From Isurus oxyrinchus (lineage: Eukaryota), in the NCBI GenBank assembly GCA_026770705.1, contig JANJGN010000035.1, positions 8,680,001-8,744,000 of the forward strand: a stretch of 64,000 bases of DNA, in the 5' to 3' direction. A program made the translations under genes and the position numbers. Below are positions 50,105-64,000 of this stretch, piece by piece (position 1 is the stretch's first letter; each line of letters starts with the position of its first letter). Under the pieces are notes generated by a model. It was not told the DNA's origin, made no database searches, and saw only the letters and a program-made list of their open reading frames with translations.

Positions 50105-50550
50105 GTAGATAAGAACATGCCATCATACAAATTTAGCCGAGAAGTAGGGCGCTTGTGACCTCGAGCATGCTCAGGCAGTCAAAAAAATCATGACTGATCT
50201 AATTATAAAACAGCTTCACAATGCTGCCTACCCGCTCTAACATTTCCCCCTGCCTTATCAATAATTCATCTACTTCGAACTTAAGGAATTCCAAAAACTC
50301 TGCCCCTGCCAGTTTTTGATGAAGGGAACTCCAAATTATTACAAAGGTCGGAAAGAAATTTTAAAACTCTACATTTCTGTCTTATGTGCCCGGCATCTTA
50401 TTTTCAACAGTGAACTCCAGTTCTTGATTTCCCTGAAAAAAAAAATCCTTTCCAAAACCACACTGTGAAACTCCACTGAGGATTGTAACTGTTACAATCA
50501 AGTCACCTCTTATAATTCTGAACTCCGCGGAAAAAAAGCATAGTTAGTCC
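50105..50550 (-). mobile_element. CR1 3' end
   Basis: Begins ataagaacat (reversed CR1 tail) and continues into reversed C-terminal ORF2 sequence (gggaactccaaatt). Confidence 0.65.
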
Positions 50551-53274
50551 GCACAAATATATACTGCTGGGCGAGGTCAATGTTGCAACTACTTCTGAGA
50601 CGATTAATTACTCAATTGGATCTGTTCAGCACCATTCAATCCTAAAGCACCTTGTCTCAATTTTACCAGTCAATTTGCATTGCATGATTTTTTTTCTCAG
50701 ATAAATGACAGTGCTTCATTGCATTTACTTAAACATAATCAATGATCTTCTGCATGACAAATAACTAAATTGTTTCAAGGAAGTGAACTATTGCACGGAT
50801 AATCAGCGATTGCCACAGCCTGGCACACTAAAGATCAATAAATGTGTTAAGTAAATTTCACCTCTTACCTTGTACTACAGACTCTGATGCCGGTTGAAAA
50901 TTTTCTGTGATATTAATTTTGTGTTTTCAGCAGTTAACACACAAGCGTAAAGTTCAGTCAGAGCAAAACGTCGTAAACGCGACCTTTTGAATGTTCGTCA
51001 AAATGGCCCTTCACAAACAGATATCTGATATAGATATTGTAGTGAATGCTATGCAAGCTCTTCAAAATGAAAGTTTCTGATCATTTTGTTATCCTTTCTA
51101 TGAAATACGCTGAATGTGTATGCCGAATATACGCAGAATGTGTATGACACAATTGTTTCTGCAATCTCGTATTCAATTTGGTTCAAACGTAAAACGTGTT
51201 CTAAAACTGGAATAAGTCATGCGCCCTCAAAGAAATGGCATTCCTCAACGGAAAAGTTGTTTATTAACATAATCCAACAGGACGCAAATAGCATGGGGTG
51301 AAGGTTACTGCTGAATCATTCCAAGAAAAAGAGCAAACAGGTTGAGTTTGCAGTGAACTATCTTAATTGCCTCATTACATGATAAGAGCAGTTATCGTCT
51401 TGCTGTTTCCTGGTGGTCAGATCAAGGTCATTTCAAGTCTCTGAAATCCTAACAAATTCAGAGATGGAGGAAATGTGCAATGAGAAGGAAGTTCCACCCA
51501 GTCGTCCTGATATTTATGCTCTTCTGCTGGCGTGTGTGTCGCTCGACTTATCAGCATTAGTTGTTCAAATCGGGTCCCTAACGGATTCCCAGTTGCCCTG
51601 AACTCGCAGTAATTTAAGGCTGTGGTGTGCTCTAACTGCAGCTGGGTCTCTTACTATCAAATTAGTGACCACTTGAGGGCCAAATGCATCTTGTCTCATT
51701 TCTTCTGTTGGCGGCTGGAATTATGAGGTTGGGGCAACTCCCACAATATTTGACTTTATACCTGCAGCGGGAGGCGGTGGGGTGGCTATGAAAAGAAGCC
51801 CTGCTTTTAACTTCAGCACCACTCTCTCTTCATGTCCATTAGCCGCTGGATGTACAGAACCCACCTCCCATACCCTGTCCACCCACATGCCAAATCTCTT
51901 CCTGGCCAAAACTGACAGCATTGATTGAGGCTCAGAAATGTATATTTTACTGGAAACCTGGGAGTTAGGATCCTGGCACCACAAACAGTCCTAGTGAGGT
52001 CAACTGCAACTTCATTGGCAACTGGCCGGGAAGTCGGTGAGCCAAGGATTTCCTCATTGAGGCTGAGAAATAGCCAACGCTGAGGGCAGTGTGAAATGGC
52101 TGGGGAGCAGTTGTTTCAATGGGGATGTGCTCACCATCATCTCTCCGGATGGCGGGAGGTGAAAACCGCCATCATAAAAATGCTTGCCATATGGCAAAAA
52201 AATACTAGTTTGAAAAGGAGGTGGCAAGAATTTAAAACAAATCAGCATCAAACGGACTAGGTCCTCACAGGCCATCCCTGCAGCAATAAAGAGTTGTGGT
52301 GTTTATTAACATTTGTGTTTGAGGCCGAAAGCGGGGCGGAAGTTCAGCGCTCAGAAGCCACATTGGCTGGCATCTCCATCACTCCTTGCAACGCCTGGAA
52401 AGCGTCAATTGCAGCTCCCAGGACCGATGATAAAGAGATAAACCCAGGTCCTAGCAGGTAATTCCAAGTTCTAGGACTGTGTGGGTTTACGAGCCTTCGG
52501 GAGATGGTGTGTGTACAGGGAATGAGTGTGATCAAAATGGGTAGCTTGAGGTATGAACGGTGTTTAGGCAAACGAGAGAGGGGTTTCCCACGACGGGCAA
52601 ACTGCAGGATCTCAAGAGGGACCTGCATTCATTTCCGGCCTTTACCCAAAATCGGTGAGAATTGGAAGGCTACTGATTTCTGAACCCGCCCTCCACACGT
52701 TTTATGCAGATGAGTTTCATTGACCAAACAAACGCAGATTTCTCCCCAATCGTGGGCGGCTTACGGCTCCTAAATCACCCTGACAGCCCCATCCAAGCCA
52801 ATACTGCAAAGAGAAAACGAAGGGCAGAAAGTAAAACCATGCTGGCGGCTGAGCGCCCAAACGGATGCGACACAAATAGCACGAGATGACACCATCAGAA
52901 ATTTTCACCTTCATCCCGTGAGCATACAATTTTCAGGTCTGCGTTCACATGCGGAAATCGGAATGGCGCACACCATCAATAAGAGGCCACTGAAGGCCAA
53001 CGAAAACACAATTGAAGCAGATTTTTCTTTGCCCGCAAATTTTCATACGCATAACACAGGCAAAACGGCAGCTCACATTGTGCAAAACCTCATTCGAGGG
53101 TACAGTTAAAATCGCAATATCATCCCCAGTATGATTACTGAGGAACACTGGAACTGGTTTACTGATGGATGTTTATTTGAAGTTTACAGTTCATCTCCAT
53201 TCGAAGCTCAATTATTGGCATTTTGAGGCTCCAACAGCGGACACAATTGTGCCTACGAAGCTCCCCGACCATAA

Positions 53275-54102
53275 CGGGCTTCTGTGAATTTGGCAATGGG
53301 GATTGTGAGGTCATACATTTAGGGATGTCGCACAATTACTGGGATTACACAGTAATGGGAATATCAGGGGCAGATGAAGTGAGAGATCTTGACGTACAAG
53401 TAGAGACGTCCCTGAACGCAGTGCTTCAAGTAGACAATGTTCTAAAGAAGGCAAATTGATTGCTCTCCTTCATTGGAAGAGGTACAGAATATAAAAGTAA
53501 AGATATAATGTTGGAATTGTAGGAAACATTGGTGAGAACACAACTGGACTATTGTGAGCAGTTCTGGTCACCTCCTTACAGGAAGCACGTAACATCTCTG
53601 CAGAGACTACAGAGCAGGTTTAAAATAATGCTTCCAGATTTAGAACCGTGAAGCTATGAGGTGGGCTTGGATATGTTGAGTGTATTTAACTTAGAGCAAG
53701 GAAGGCTGAAAGGTGGCTTGGTTGTGGTACACAGAATTATTTGGGGATTAGATAGAAAATACACAATAAAATTCTTTCCCTTCGTGGATAATTATAGAGC
53801 CAGGGAAAATATTTTCAAGATAAGTGGCAGAAGGTGTAAGGGGGTTATGAGGAGGAACTTTTTTATGCAGAGGGTAGTGGGTGTCTGCAATTCGCAGCCC
53901 CAGTTGGTGGTAGAGGCAGAAACGCTAAGCACCTTTAAAAAGTTCCTGGAACTTCACGTTAGTTGCTGTAAGTTGCAGAGCTATGGGTCAGGTGCTGGAC
54001 AGTGGTTGTAGAAGTGGCACCTGGGTACCCTCGGGCTGGCATGGACAGGATGGCCTGAATTATCTCATTCTTTGCTATACGTTTCATCCGTTTTATGGTT
54101 CT
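53275..54102 (+). mobile_element. CR1 LINE 3' fragment
   Basis: CEVIHLG, RDLDVQV, LSFIGRGTEYKSKDIMLEL, LDYCEQFW, RLKGGL and RRNFFMQRVVGVCNS, with tail ttttatggttcta. Confidence 0.9.
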
Positions 54103-54704
54103 AAGGAGGAGAATACCATGTGACTGATATAAGCCATGATAATGTCATTGTGCCTGCCAGGTGCCCTGGTAAGTAAATGGGAATATGCATTAGGTGGCAT
54201 CGCCCTTCACTGTTGAAATAGTGGGACTACACAAGAAAGCTTGCACTATCCGACACTTTCGCGTTTGTGCATTGCACTGTTAATGTCGTATAACCTGTCC
54301 TAGATCATTTGACGGAATTTCATGACACCTACCCAGCTGCATGGCGTCCTGCTCTCACGTGGCTAGGACCAGGAATTTTAAGAGGCTTCATGTCTTCCGT
54401 GCCTTTTCAACGTATTTTTCGGTCATCTCTTTAGAAAAGGACAGAGAAGCAGAAATTTGTTGACTCACTACGTTCAGCGCCATTGCAACATGGCCAAAGC
54501 TCCTGAGGAAGACCTCGCAGAGCGCATCTATGTCATGATCCTCGATCCGCAAGCCACTAAGGCCAAACAGCCAGTGCTCACACCTTGGCCAATCTTAGCA
54601 TCATTATGTGCTGGCACTCAGACTCTAACACAGCTGATCTCCACGGAATAGTCTGGTCGGTGGCCAGCCCTTAATATTTCACACACTGATTCATGCGATC
54701 TCCA

Positions 54705-54963
54705 TACTTATCCTTGGCGTGTGCAGCAGGTTTTTTAATACTTCTGTGTCAAGGCATCCATTTGTCTAACATAATATCATGGCTGCTGATCTGTTCTGCT
54801 ATCTCGTCCCAAGCTCATTTTGTTTGGTGCAGCGGACTTCCATTTCCTTCATTGTGGAAAAGCCTGTTCCACCTGGCAGCCACCTTCTCCAGTAGGACCA
54901 CGAGGCAATCATCGTTAAACCAGTTGGCCGAGTGACCTATGCACCTGCACTCCCGACTATCAT
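54705..54963 (-). pseudogene. Myb/SANT-like DNA-binding protein relic of the Harbinger type
   Basis: WFNDDCLVVLLEKVAARWNRLFHNEG..PLHQTK*AWDEIAEQISSHDIMLDKWMP*HR matches the FxDxxLxVLLxxVxxRxxxLF...KxAWxEIAxxVS...W Myb/SANT-like pattern. In-frame stops present. Confidence 0.7.
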
Positions 54964-55539
54964 TGCTTCATTTTTCGCAAGCAGATAACATGGTCTTCCT
55001 TGGAAGCCCTCAAGTGGCAGCTCTGCTGCTTTTAAACTGGCCTCTGAGCAGCAATTTGATACGGCGACCCACAGGTCACAACCCCCAACAGACATGCCCG
55101 CCCATTGGAAATCATTGTTCATGCTTTGCGGCCATTTTTTAGCCAGCCAGTTAGAAATAGCCCTCTGCATTCGTTTGCAGGCTGCAGACAGTTTCGTGGC
55201 AGGTCAAAAGTCTTCTGATCCCGCCTGTCCACTAAGGGTACTATTTAAATCTTAAATTTGCAACATTTAGGTATGGATTTTATGGCCCAAGTCGGCGTAC
55301 TTCAAGGAAGCAGTTTGGAGTTTTGACAAGTCAAGTACAAAATAAAGTGTGGTGGTCAGCCTAGCACCTAATCGTGCACTCCCAGCTGTCCGTCATGATA
55401 TGGTGGGCAGATAGGGCCCGACATCAGGCGCCTTGAGTCTCTTCTTGAAGACCCCTCAAGGACATGATTATTTCCTTGCGGCAAATAACATTTACACCTG
55501 GGAGAAGGTGCAAGGCTGCTCACCAATGCACAACTTTAA

Positions 55540-56440
55540 AAAATCAGCTGAAAGGTGGGTAGGAAGTATTGTCAACTGGGTGTGGGAGACTTTTGGTCTT
55601 TCCGCAAGCTAGTCCCATACCTTTCTGTCGTTTGCATTTCATTGCACCAGCCTGCTCTGATGCCCACATGTACATTCTTGGCCTGCTGCAATTTCCACTG
55701 AGATCCAAATTAAAATGAAGGAACGGCATGTCATCTTCAGCAATGCACTGACTTAACTTCGCCAAAAAATTCAAGCCATGAACACGCTCCTCTCTCTTCC
55801 CCCCTTTTCAAATGTTGTTTAATTTCATGTTTATAGGTTATATGTTTAAATACTATTACTTTATTCATTTATTCATTTTATCTACTTTCTTATCTCTTTG
55901 ACCCTTTTCCACCTACCAACACGCTCCCTGAACACCACTGCCCCACGCGCCCCACCTACAACCCCCACGCATAGTGCCACATTCATTTGTTTTTATCAGT
56001 TATTTAAATAGTGATGATCCATGTTCTTCCATTAACATAATCTGCTTTCACACTTTGTGCCACTACTACCATCTGCTTTAGTCTTCACCACTGCCATTGA
56101 CACACCTTTTGTCTGGTATGCACGACATGTATGTCAATCTCCCCTACACTGCGATCAATCGCTGACCTTTCACCCTACTTTATCTGTTCCACAGCAAACA
56201 ACGCCCCTCCCCCCCACCCCACAACCGACACCCCCCCCCCCCCTGCCACCCCACACCCCACCCAGCCCCCAAAACAGCAGTACTAATATCATCTTATGTC
56301 AACTTCTCTTCTGCTAGGATTAATGGTAGGGACTCGATACATTAACTTTGGTTTCATATTTCTGAGATGCTGTCAGACCTGCTGAGATTTTCCAGAAACT
56401 TTTGTTTCTTATTTCGGATTACCACCATCCACAACGTTTT
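55540..56440 (+). mobile_element. Older PLE 3' fragment (GIY-YIG C-terminus + tail)
   Basis: tgctctgatgcccacatgtacattcttggcctgctgca parallels 32696-32735. The tail gatgctgtcagacctgctgagattttccag parallels 33285-33315. Confidence 0.75.
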
Positions 56441-58399
56441 CTCTTTCTTAGAGTTTGGAAGTTCTTTGAGGGTTCGCCTGTGCTTATTGGGGCAACTCCA
56501 TCCTGATTGTTTCCGCGCATTCACTCGTCCCCTATAAATGGACACTGATGCCTATGCCCCACAGGCATCATCCCCATCTCCCACCCCGGTACTAATGCTC
56601 ATTTGCAATATTGACAAGAACAGTTACTTAAAAAAATTGAGCTTTATGCAGTGGAACAATTTTCCTATGTCTCTGGACTTTGTGCGGTCCCAGAAGAGGC
56701 AAACAATTGCACCTGGTGCTGCTGGGAGTAGAAGAGTTGTTGGTTCATTCGACTGTTGGCAGCTTTTTTGGTTGCCACTTTCCGGACGAACCAACAATAT
56801 CTCATTCTGAAAATTAGTCAATTAAAGTAAAGGATATTTTAAAAATTCTGGAGCAGAAAACTGAAGATATTCTCAAATTTCTGAGTGTAGAAATGGATTG
56901 TTATCTCAGCCCTACATCATTAACTACTAATTCTGTGTCTGTGCCCGGCTAAGGGAAACCGTGTCACATCATTTTACTCTGCCAAATCCATTCAGAAAAT
57001 TACGTTTCATTTTGAGAATCTTTCATTGTCGTAAAGCCTAATCCTTTACACTTCTTATCTTAATTCACCTTCCATGAGAGGAAAATATCCATTGAAAAGT
57101 CCAAACAATATCTTAACATATATCACACCCTTATTTATATATGGTGAGCAAAACCGCAGACATGACTCCAGGTGTGCCCTCGTCGAAAAAGATTTGTAAA
57201 AATGGAAAATGCTGAGAAAAGTCTGTCGGTCATGCATAAAAAGTTGAGGAAATGAAACTTTAAATTCAGGGTAATGAAAAAATATAAAAATGCGATCGGT
57301 TTTAACGATTATGATGGCACAAGCAAAGAGAAAATAAAACGTTAGGACTTTGATTAGTGGAGCACAACACAGGTTACAGTGGAAGTGTGATCTGCTGATC
57401 GGACACGAGTTTAAGGATTTTGAGCATTTGAATTTTACAAATAGAGACGGCCGAAAGTGTGTTAAATGAGGCTATCCATGGACAGGGTCAATAGTCGATA
57501 AAAGGAAATCACCAGTGATGTGAATAAATTGTGGAAAAAATCTTGTAACCTACACTTATTTCAAAGCTGTTGCAATGATTTGTTTAATCATATATTTCTG
57601 AGCTATAGAAAAATGAATCTATCACGGGGCGGGGGGGGGCGGGGGGTGCTGAATATAATTTTAAAACACTTTGCAAGAGCTCTTTTGCATATCAAATAAT
57701 TTCAGGGGAAATAAACTATTGGAAGGAACGTGATGCGAAATTGGGCAAAATTTAACGTTTAGCAAAATTTATTTTCTGTTTGTGTCTAGTCTAAAATAAA
57801 TTTTCAAGTTTTGAAAGATATTGCTGAATTTATTTCAGAATTATCAGAAGTACAATAGAAGACAGCCATTTTCTTTAAATCTGAATTTCAATGTTCCTGT
57901 AATTACTATTTCCTGGACTTGCCCTTATGCTAAGTGGTTTCCGGGCATGAGCCTTCAGTAACAGCCAAATGGCAGTGTCTTGCGAGTTGTAACCATAACC
58001 TTCCTCAATTTCCAAACATTGATTGGGCAGAAAGGGACAATTAGGGGCGTCAGCTCGACGATTTTGCATGTGTCTGTGTCAGAGACGTAGAGCTGCAGGA
58101 CCGACCTGCCGAGCAAGATAGAGCTTGGTAGTTAGTTTCATGTATTCATAGATGGAAGGCACATTAGAGCGAAGAATTACAAAATTAAATGTTTCAATGT
58201 AGGAATTGTAAACATGGACAACTTATGAAAAAATACTGTTATACTTAGAAAGATCAACACATCTGGTCATATCCAAAATATAGTATGATTCACTCTACCT
58301 AACTTAGTTTTTTTAATACATTGCTAGGGCCCATATACACTTGAATTAACTTGACATAAGGATACATTATGCAAGTCACTTAGGATACAAACATAATGT

Positions 58400-58600
58400 C
58401 AAAACTCAATTCATCCGCTTGGATGCTGATAAGCTTTGCAATGGCTTGAGCTTTTGCAATAATTCAAAGATAATCTGAATCCGCAGGCAATCTAGGAGGG
58501 AGCAATTTACATGCATGGTGCGATGACATATACAGTTGGCAAAATCATGATGCTCCTCCAATAACTTTGTGCTATCCGGCAAGATCGTGATACACAATTT
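58400..58600 (-). mobile_element. CR1 ORF1 N-terminal (zinc finger/leucine zipper) relic
   Basis: HVNCSLLDCLRIQIIFELLQKLKPLQSL resembles CxKCxxLxxLRLRIxELExELxxL. Confidence 0.4.
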
Positions 58601-58889
58601 ATTCCCTCTGCTGACACCTCTGCCCCGCATGCCACTTTTTCCACTTCTCCGCACCTGCCTCTCAAAGCACTGGGACTTTTGAAAGTAGCCTGTTTAAATA
58701 TGGTGACCCTTGTGCGAGAGAGGTGGGGTGAGGAGCCGGTTGTGGGAGGAAAAACGATCCAATATATGATAGGGATGTGGGATAAAAAAGGGGTAAAACA
58801 ATAAATATACTGTACCACGATCAGCACATTTTTAAAGCACTTACTATACGATTAACACTCCATTTGTCATTTTCTTGTGTTAATCACAA

Positions 58890-59145
58890 CGTTAATGCCC
58901 CCGACCCCTCCCCACACCCCCTTCACCCCGCTGCCCTTCTGACCCGCTTCACCTGCTCCACCCCCGTTAACACTATAAGTTCCATTTCAATTCGACTTCT
59001 CTTCGGCTTTGAAGAAAGGCCATGCAGATCTGAAACGTTAAATCTGTCTCTGTCTCCTCAATTGACCTCAGACGTGCACAGTTTTTCCAGTAATTCAGGT
59101 GTTGTTTCAGACTTCAAGCATCAGCATAATTTTGCTTTTATTTGA
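58890..59145 (+). mobile_element. Old PLE tail
   Basis: ttgaagaaaggccatgcagatctgaaacgttaa (hammerhead-like remnant) followed by the ...tttcagacttcaagcatcagca...ttttgctttt tail. Confidence 0.6.
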
Positions 59146-60639
59146 AATGAAACGAAATTCATTTATTATTGTTCTCCAATGCGGGACATGTCTCTTGTCC
59201 AGACGGCAGGAATGGAAACATATATTGCGACATGAAACTGGCTATTTTGTAAAATTATTATATTTTTTTATAATTATTGTTGTTTAACCATTATTATCAA
59301 AATAATGATAACAATAATACTAACTTACAAAATCATTACCATGTCGTGCCTAACTGGCCATGAGTCATGCCAAAGGCATTTCTAACTTTCAGCGGGTGCA
59401 TCTTTCCTTTTGAGTAAGAGCTAATGCACACTGGGAATGCAAAATATCAAATTCAAAATACATGCAACAATATCATTTACATTCTTAAGACAGAGTTCTG
59501 ACCCACCGAGACGCAAGAATCCAGGGCTGTATAAGGAGGTTATTTGTCCAAAACCCAGGAGTTGCAGCGGAATGCGGCGTAATGGGCGGGGGGAGGGGGG
59601 GGGGGCGGTGATTGGAGGGATGTTGCAGGTGTTTGTGTATTTCACATGACCTTCCCACAAGCTGATCGAATCTGTAAATATTGTCGTTCAGTTCATATGA
59701 AATCAGGCTGTCGAGCATTTCACCAGCTAATAGGGAGCAGCAGGAAACCCTTTTCCGCATACGTTACCTGGCACCCATTAAACTGTGTACCATTGGAATA
59801 TCAAAACTCCTGTATCTGTGACAATCAAACTCATTCATCTCTGCGTTTATTCCTCCATCGGGGCAGCAATCTCTTCTGGGAAGGCGGTGCACCCTGCAAC
59901 ATTTCAGCCTGCCGAAATATATTACTGTCTACCATTGGCCTTTTGATTGTAGAGTCTGGATTCACGTGAAACATAACTTTTGTTATTGCTGTGCCCTTGT
60001 GCGGTGTCCATTACCCCCCTTATAAATCTTTCATTATTGGTCGCAAAAACGGGACAATGTTGTGAAACCATTGACGATGATTTGTGCGCCTGTAAAAATA
60101 AAACAAACTTCTTGTTTTACCTCATTGCTTATTTGTTTTGCATGTATTAACAGACTGGCGGTTTGGAGAAAGTAAAAGACCAGTTATAAGTGGGAAAACA
60201 GAAATCAAACTCAACTTTCTGTTTACGGACTCGTGCTGAGAAGAAAAATCAGGGCTATTTAAATCCATCACCCTCATGACCATTATATTAGCAAGTAATT
60301 CTAGTTGTATTCGTTAATGAATGATGATATATGTCTGTTTATTCGCCACCGTTTAAGGGGCAGTATTCGGCTGTTTCAGAACGATTTATGAGATTCAAAG
60401 TTACTAGGAATCTACGATCAAATTGTTCTTTGTTTTTTTTAAATTTGTATCCTATTAATTAAACATGAAGAGATTGTTTAACCCTTCTAAAAATATTGTT
60501 ATTTAGTTAAACATGCAAATTAAATTAGATCAACCTGCCAAACAATTTAATTGAAAGCAGACACAGACCGGCGACAGAAAATGATGGAGGCATGCTCGTA
60601 CACATGTTGTGTCACTTATGCATGATTAACTGACCTTCA

Positions 60640-61250
60640 GGTAAATTGCCAGTATGACAGTCTGGTCAGCTGTGAGCCTGTGAAGCAATCCGTGGTGCAG
60701 ACAGCAGGTGTAATAGCGGGAATCCTCACTCTCAGATCCACTGCATATCCATCAGAACGTTTCAATCTCCTCGTTAATGAAAACATCCTCAGAGAATGTC
60801 ACTTTCCCTACACGGACTCAAAGCACAGTAAGTGGCTGGGTGCAGCTTTCCTAAGTACAAGGGTGAAATATATTTTTATTACATGTTTACAGCACGCAGC
60901 ACGGTCTCTGCAGAATGTGTGCAAAAAGAGCAACTTACTGCTTTATTTTGGTGCTTCTGAGTCACTTGGGTCTCGGGTTTCATGCAGACTGGCACCAATT
61001 CAACATTGTGACATTGCTTTCGGCAAGACTTTGCTGACGGTTTGAGCTTTGATTTATTCCAGTGTTGCTTGTACTTATTGCTCACAACGCATTGGATCTG
61101 TGTTGTGAGTAGAAATAAGATGGGTCAAAGTATGATTTAAAAGTGCACAAATAAACATGAGATTTAATCAGTGACATAACGGGCATTATGTGCGTAGAGT
61201 GAGCGACTGCGAGCGGGATGGACGGAGTGCAGTTATGAGAGTAGGGTTTA
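60640..61250 (+). mobile_element. RTE-clade LINE RT C-terminal relic
   Basis: ORF 60680 ENILRECHFPYTDSKHS..AAF...LLLYFGASES resembles RTE LENVDHFPYLGSxLS..AAF..LLYGSE. A GHxxR-like segment lies near 61180. Confidence 0.5.
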
Positions 61251-62092
61251 CAGATTGAGAAAATAGGCGTATAGTTGTTTATATCAGCCTCAAACAGACT
61301 GCAAACATAGAACAGCCACAACTCTCTAGAGTCGAAAATGCAAATGATACACAAAAGCAATGTGAAATGTTTTGTTCTAATTTTAATTTAAAAAAATCAA
61401 ACCCAATGTCCTCATTCCGTTGTTTCATGCACATTATCACCCAGCTAAGGGAACGAAATTTTGCCTTCCACACTACTAACCTTCAAGTAATATATGTTTC
61501 GTTAAGATCGCCTCTCACATCCTCAGCCTTAGGGAGTTCATAACGAATTTTCTCTGTATCTTATCGTTGGACGTATTACAGGATCCAACTTAATTCTGTA
61601 ACGCTGCACAAAGCAATTCGTATATTTTGTTACCTTAGATATGGAGTCCAAAACAGCGTACATATGATACATGTGTGGCTTCACACCTTTTCAAAATGTT
61701 CTGCTCCTATTTTCACGAACATATTTAATGCAACGGCCTCACATTATGTTCAACCTGCCAGCTTTTTGCCAACTCACTTTGTATTGCCTATATCCTGATC
61801 TATTTGTGAACCATTTATGCGTGCTCAAATTATTATTGTGTAAACAAAATCGATAACCTTGATTAATGAGAATCTCAAAGCGAATTAGATTGGCAGAGTG
61901 AGAGGAAAAATTGGCAGCAGTGCATCATTCTATAGTTATGCTTCAAGGGCTAAATCAGCGAATTGTGTAACAACCCATCTACCAACATGTAGGCCGAGAT
62001 TTGAATCCAATTCTTTCAAGTTGATTTCAGTGGACAAGAGAATGAAACAAACTTCTCCCCTGGGTATATTTGAACTCAGCTGAGTTTACCAT

Positions 62093-62575
62093 CCAAGAAC
62101 AAAATTACTCCGGAAAAACTCAGCAGGTCTGGCAGCATCGGCAGAAAAGAAAAGAGTTGATGTTTCGAGTTCTCATGAAACTTCAACAGAACTAGGTGAA
62201 TCCAAGGAGAGGGGTGAAATATAAGCTGGTTAAAGGTGTTGGGGTGGAGGGGGGCATTGGGGGGGGGGGGGTAGAGAGAGAGAAGTGGAGGGGGGTGGTT
62301 ATAGGAACAAGCAAGCAGTGATAGGAACAGGTAATCAAAAAATGTCACAGACAAAAGAACAAAAGAACACAGAATTGTTGAAGGTGGTGATATTATATAA
62401 ACGAATGTGCTAATTAAGGAAAGATGGTAGGGCACTCAAGGTAAGCTCTATTGGGGGTGTAGGGCGCATAAAAGATTTTATAATAATGGAAATATGTGGG
62501 AAAAGAGAAATCTATATACATTATTGGAAAAAAAACAAAACGAAGAGGGAAGAAACAGAAAGGGGGTCGGGATTG
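62093..62575 (-). mobile_element. PLE 3' UTR/tail, same family as 31687-33363
   Basis: Reverse complement of about 32850-33335, e.g. aataatggaaatatgtgggaaaag, gaaatataagctggtt and ggaaaaactcagcaggtctggcagc. Confidence 0.88.
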
Positions 62576-62749
62576 ACACGAACATGTTGCCCGGGGTTGG
62601 CAGTTGTAGGGGTGGGCCGCTGGCAGCTGCTTTTGGTGGGCTTCTCCAGGTAGTTATTTGTGTAGTTTTTTAGGGGGTATGAATAAATTCGCCTGATGGG
62701 GAAACAAGAAGTCTTACCAGAAACACAAGCACAAGATCGCTAAATTATT

Positions 62750-64000
62750 TACTACCCAATCCTAACCAATGACCAAACTCCTCAACCTGCCTGAGCTTCT
62801 TCTCACATTGAACAACGTTGTATTTAAATGCACTCGAATTCTGTAAATAAAATGCGTTTTCATGAATGACCGCAATGGATCCCAGCTATTCGAATTTTTA
62901 GTTGTCTTATTTCAAAAACAGCAAACCTACTCAGGACCTTTCCTTACTACATTCTTAATTTGTTCATGGCACATTGATACGTATTCGCTGCTGGTCTGTA
63001 TTCTCTCCAGGCACTGAAATCTTCATTAGCTTTGTTTCAAATTGTCTCCCCTTTCTCACCTTCAGGTATTTAATCTGTGGCCTTTCACTTCCTTTCCTGC
63101 AAATTTCTATCCACCGTTCTCGAAATGGTTATTCAATTAACATTCACAGTAAGCCCTGGGATTTCCACAGATAGCTCCATTATGTTTCGTCAAATTCCGA
63201 TTCCACTGCAGACGTAATTCCATATTCCCATAATTCTTCATCTCATTTTCGACTCTTCTGAAAACATAGCATTCCATACTTGAAATTGGCGTTGGGCTTC
63301 CACTTTTCCCAACCTGATGATCCAGTCAAAATATTTTGCAATGCCCTCCGCCGTGTCCTCTCGAAAGAGACAGTCTGCTCTCATTCCTTTCCTTCCCTCC
63401 CACAATCATTATATAGCTGTTCCTGCAATCACTTTCTACTCCAATACTTCCGCATTTAATGGTTCACCATCCTCTGTTTCCATGCAATCACGAAGCACAT
63501 CTTCTGCTGCCCTCCACTTTCTGTGTTCTAAAGACCTACTTTCGTTATGCCTTGGTCCACTCCTCTATCACATAAAAAAAAACTCTCACGATTTGATTAC
63601 ACCTTTCCGTGCATATGGAAGCGATGCAGCTATCAACATTTTATCCTCTCTCATGAACAACAATGCAAGGGCACGAAAACACTTGCAAGTGAAGTATTTG
63701 AAAATCTATGATTGTTTTCATATTGTGTTTAAAGTATTCAATTTGGTCATAACTACATGCCAAGTAGTGATCTATCTCAGCCTCCTTCAGAGGGCCGCAG
63801 TGTCACAGAGGCAAATTTTAGCCACTTTTCATCACGCAAATGTTTACGACACTGGATGCTGCAAAGGCTATGGGTCCTGTTACCATTCCGGCAATAGTAC
63901 TGAAATTGTGTGATCCAGGTCTTGCCTAGTCAAGCTGTTCCAGTACAAGGAGGGCGCAGTCTTCGAGTCAGCAGGGTGTAAAATTGCCCAAGTGCGGCCT
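62750..64000 (+). mobile_element. Old PLE (RT to GIY-YIG), running off the window end
   Basis: LLNLPELLLTLNN, LPFLQISIH..YSINIHSKPWDFH and HLQVK, collinear with the 31.7 kb element. Confidence 0.7.

Larger units (their letters stand above)
52320..55240. mobile_element. Decayed PIF/Harbinger-type element (transposase traces on +, Myb/SANT on -), interrupted by a CR1
   Basis: Clear Myb/SANT relic at 54705-54963. Weak transposase-like traces at about 54180-54520. Boundaries uncertain. Confidence 0.5.

Noticed and set aside
63317-63913. 198-aa ORF
   Set aside because: Mixed-frame read through a decayed PLE, not a host gene.
1-64000. CRISPR arrays, operons, rRNA or intact tRNA genes
   Set aside because: No regularly spaced repeat-spacer array, gene-dense region or intact structural RNA gene was seen. 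The sequence is eukaryotic repeat-rich DNA.

Overview
Repeat-dense vertebrate genomic DNA. The repeat inventory (CR1/L2-group LINEs, Neptune-type Penelope-like elements (PLEs), GC-rich Harbinger-derived elements) points to a cartilaginous fish, probably a shark. I find no intact protein-coding gene; nearly all listed ORFs are chance frames or transposon relics. The only host-gene signal is a decayed NLR (FISNA-like + NACHT) exon on the minus strand at 5185-3884, which resumes at about 420-1 beyond a LINE insertion. A second, more eroded paralogous copy lies at about 30.9-31.5 kb and shares the same LINE insertion junction, so the pseudogene appears to have been duplicated after disruption. A young 5'-truncated PLE (31687-33363, 16-bp target-site duplication, TSD) and several short copies of its tail carry a minimal hammerhead-ribozyme-like motif with a non-canonical core (CUGUYGA). 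All family assignments come from manual translation and recalled consensus motifs, not database searches, and boundaries of old repeats are approximate (about +/-50-100 bp). I see no convincing evidence for a wholly new multi-gene system.
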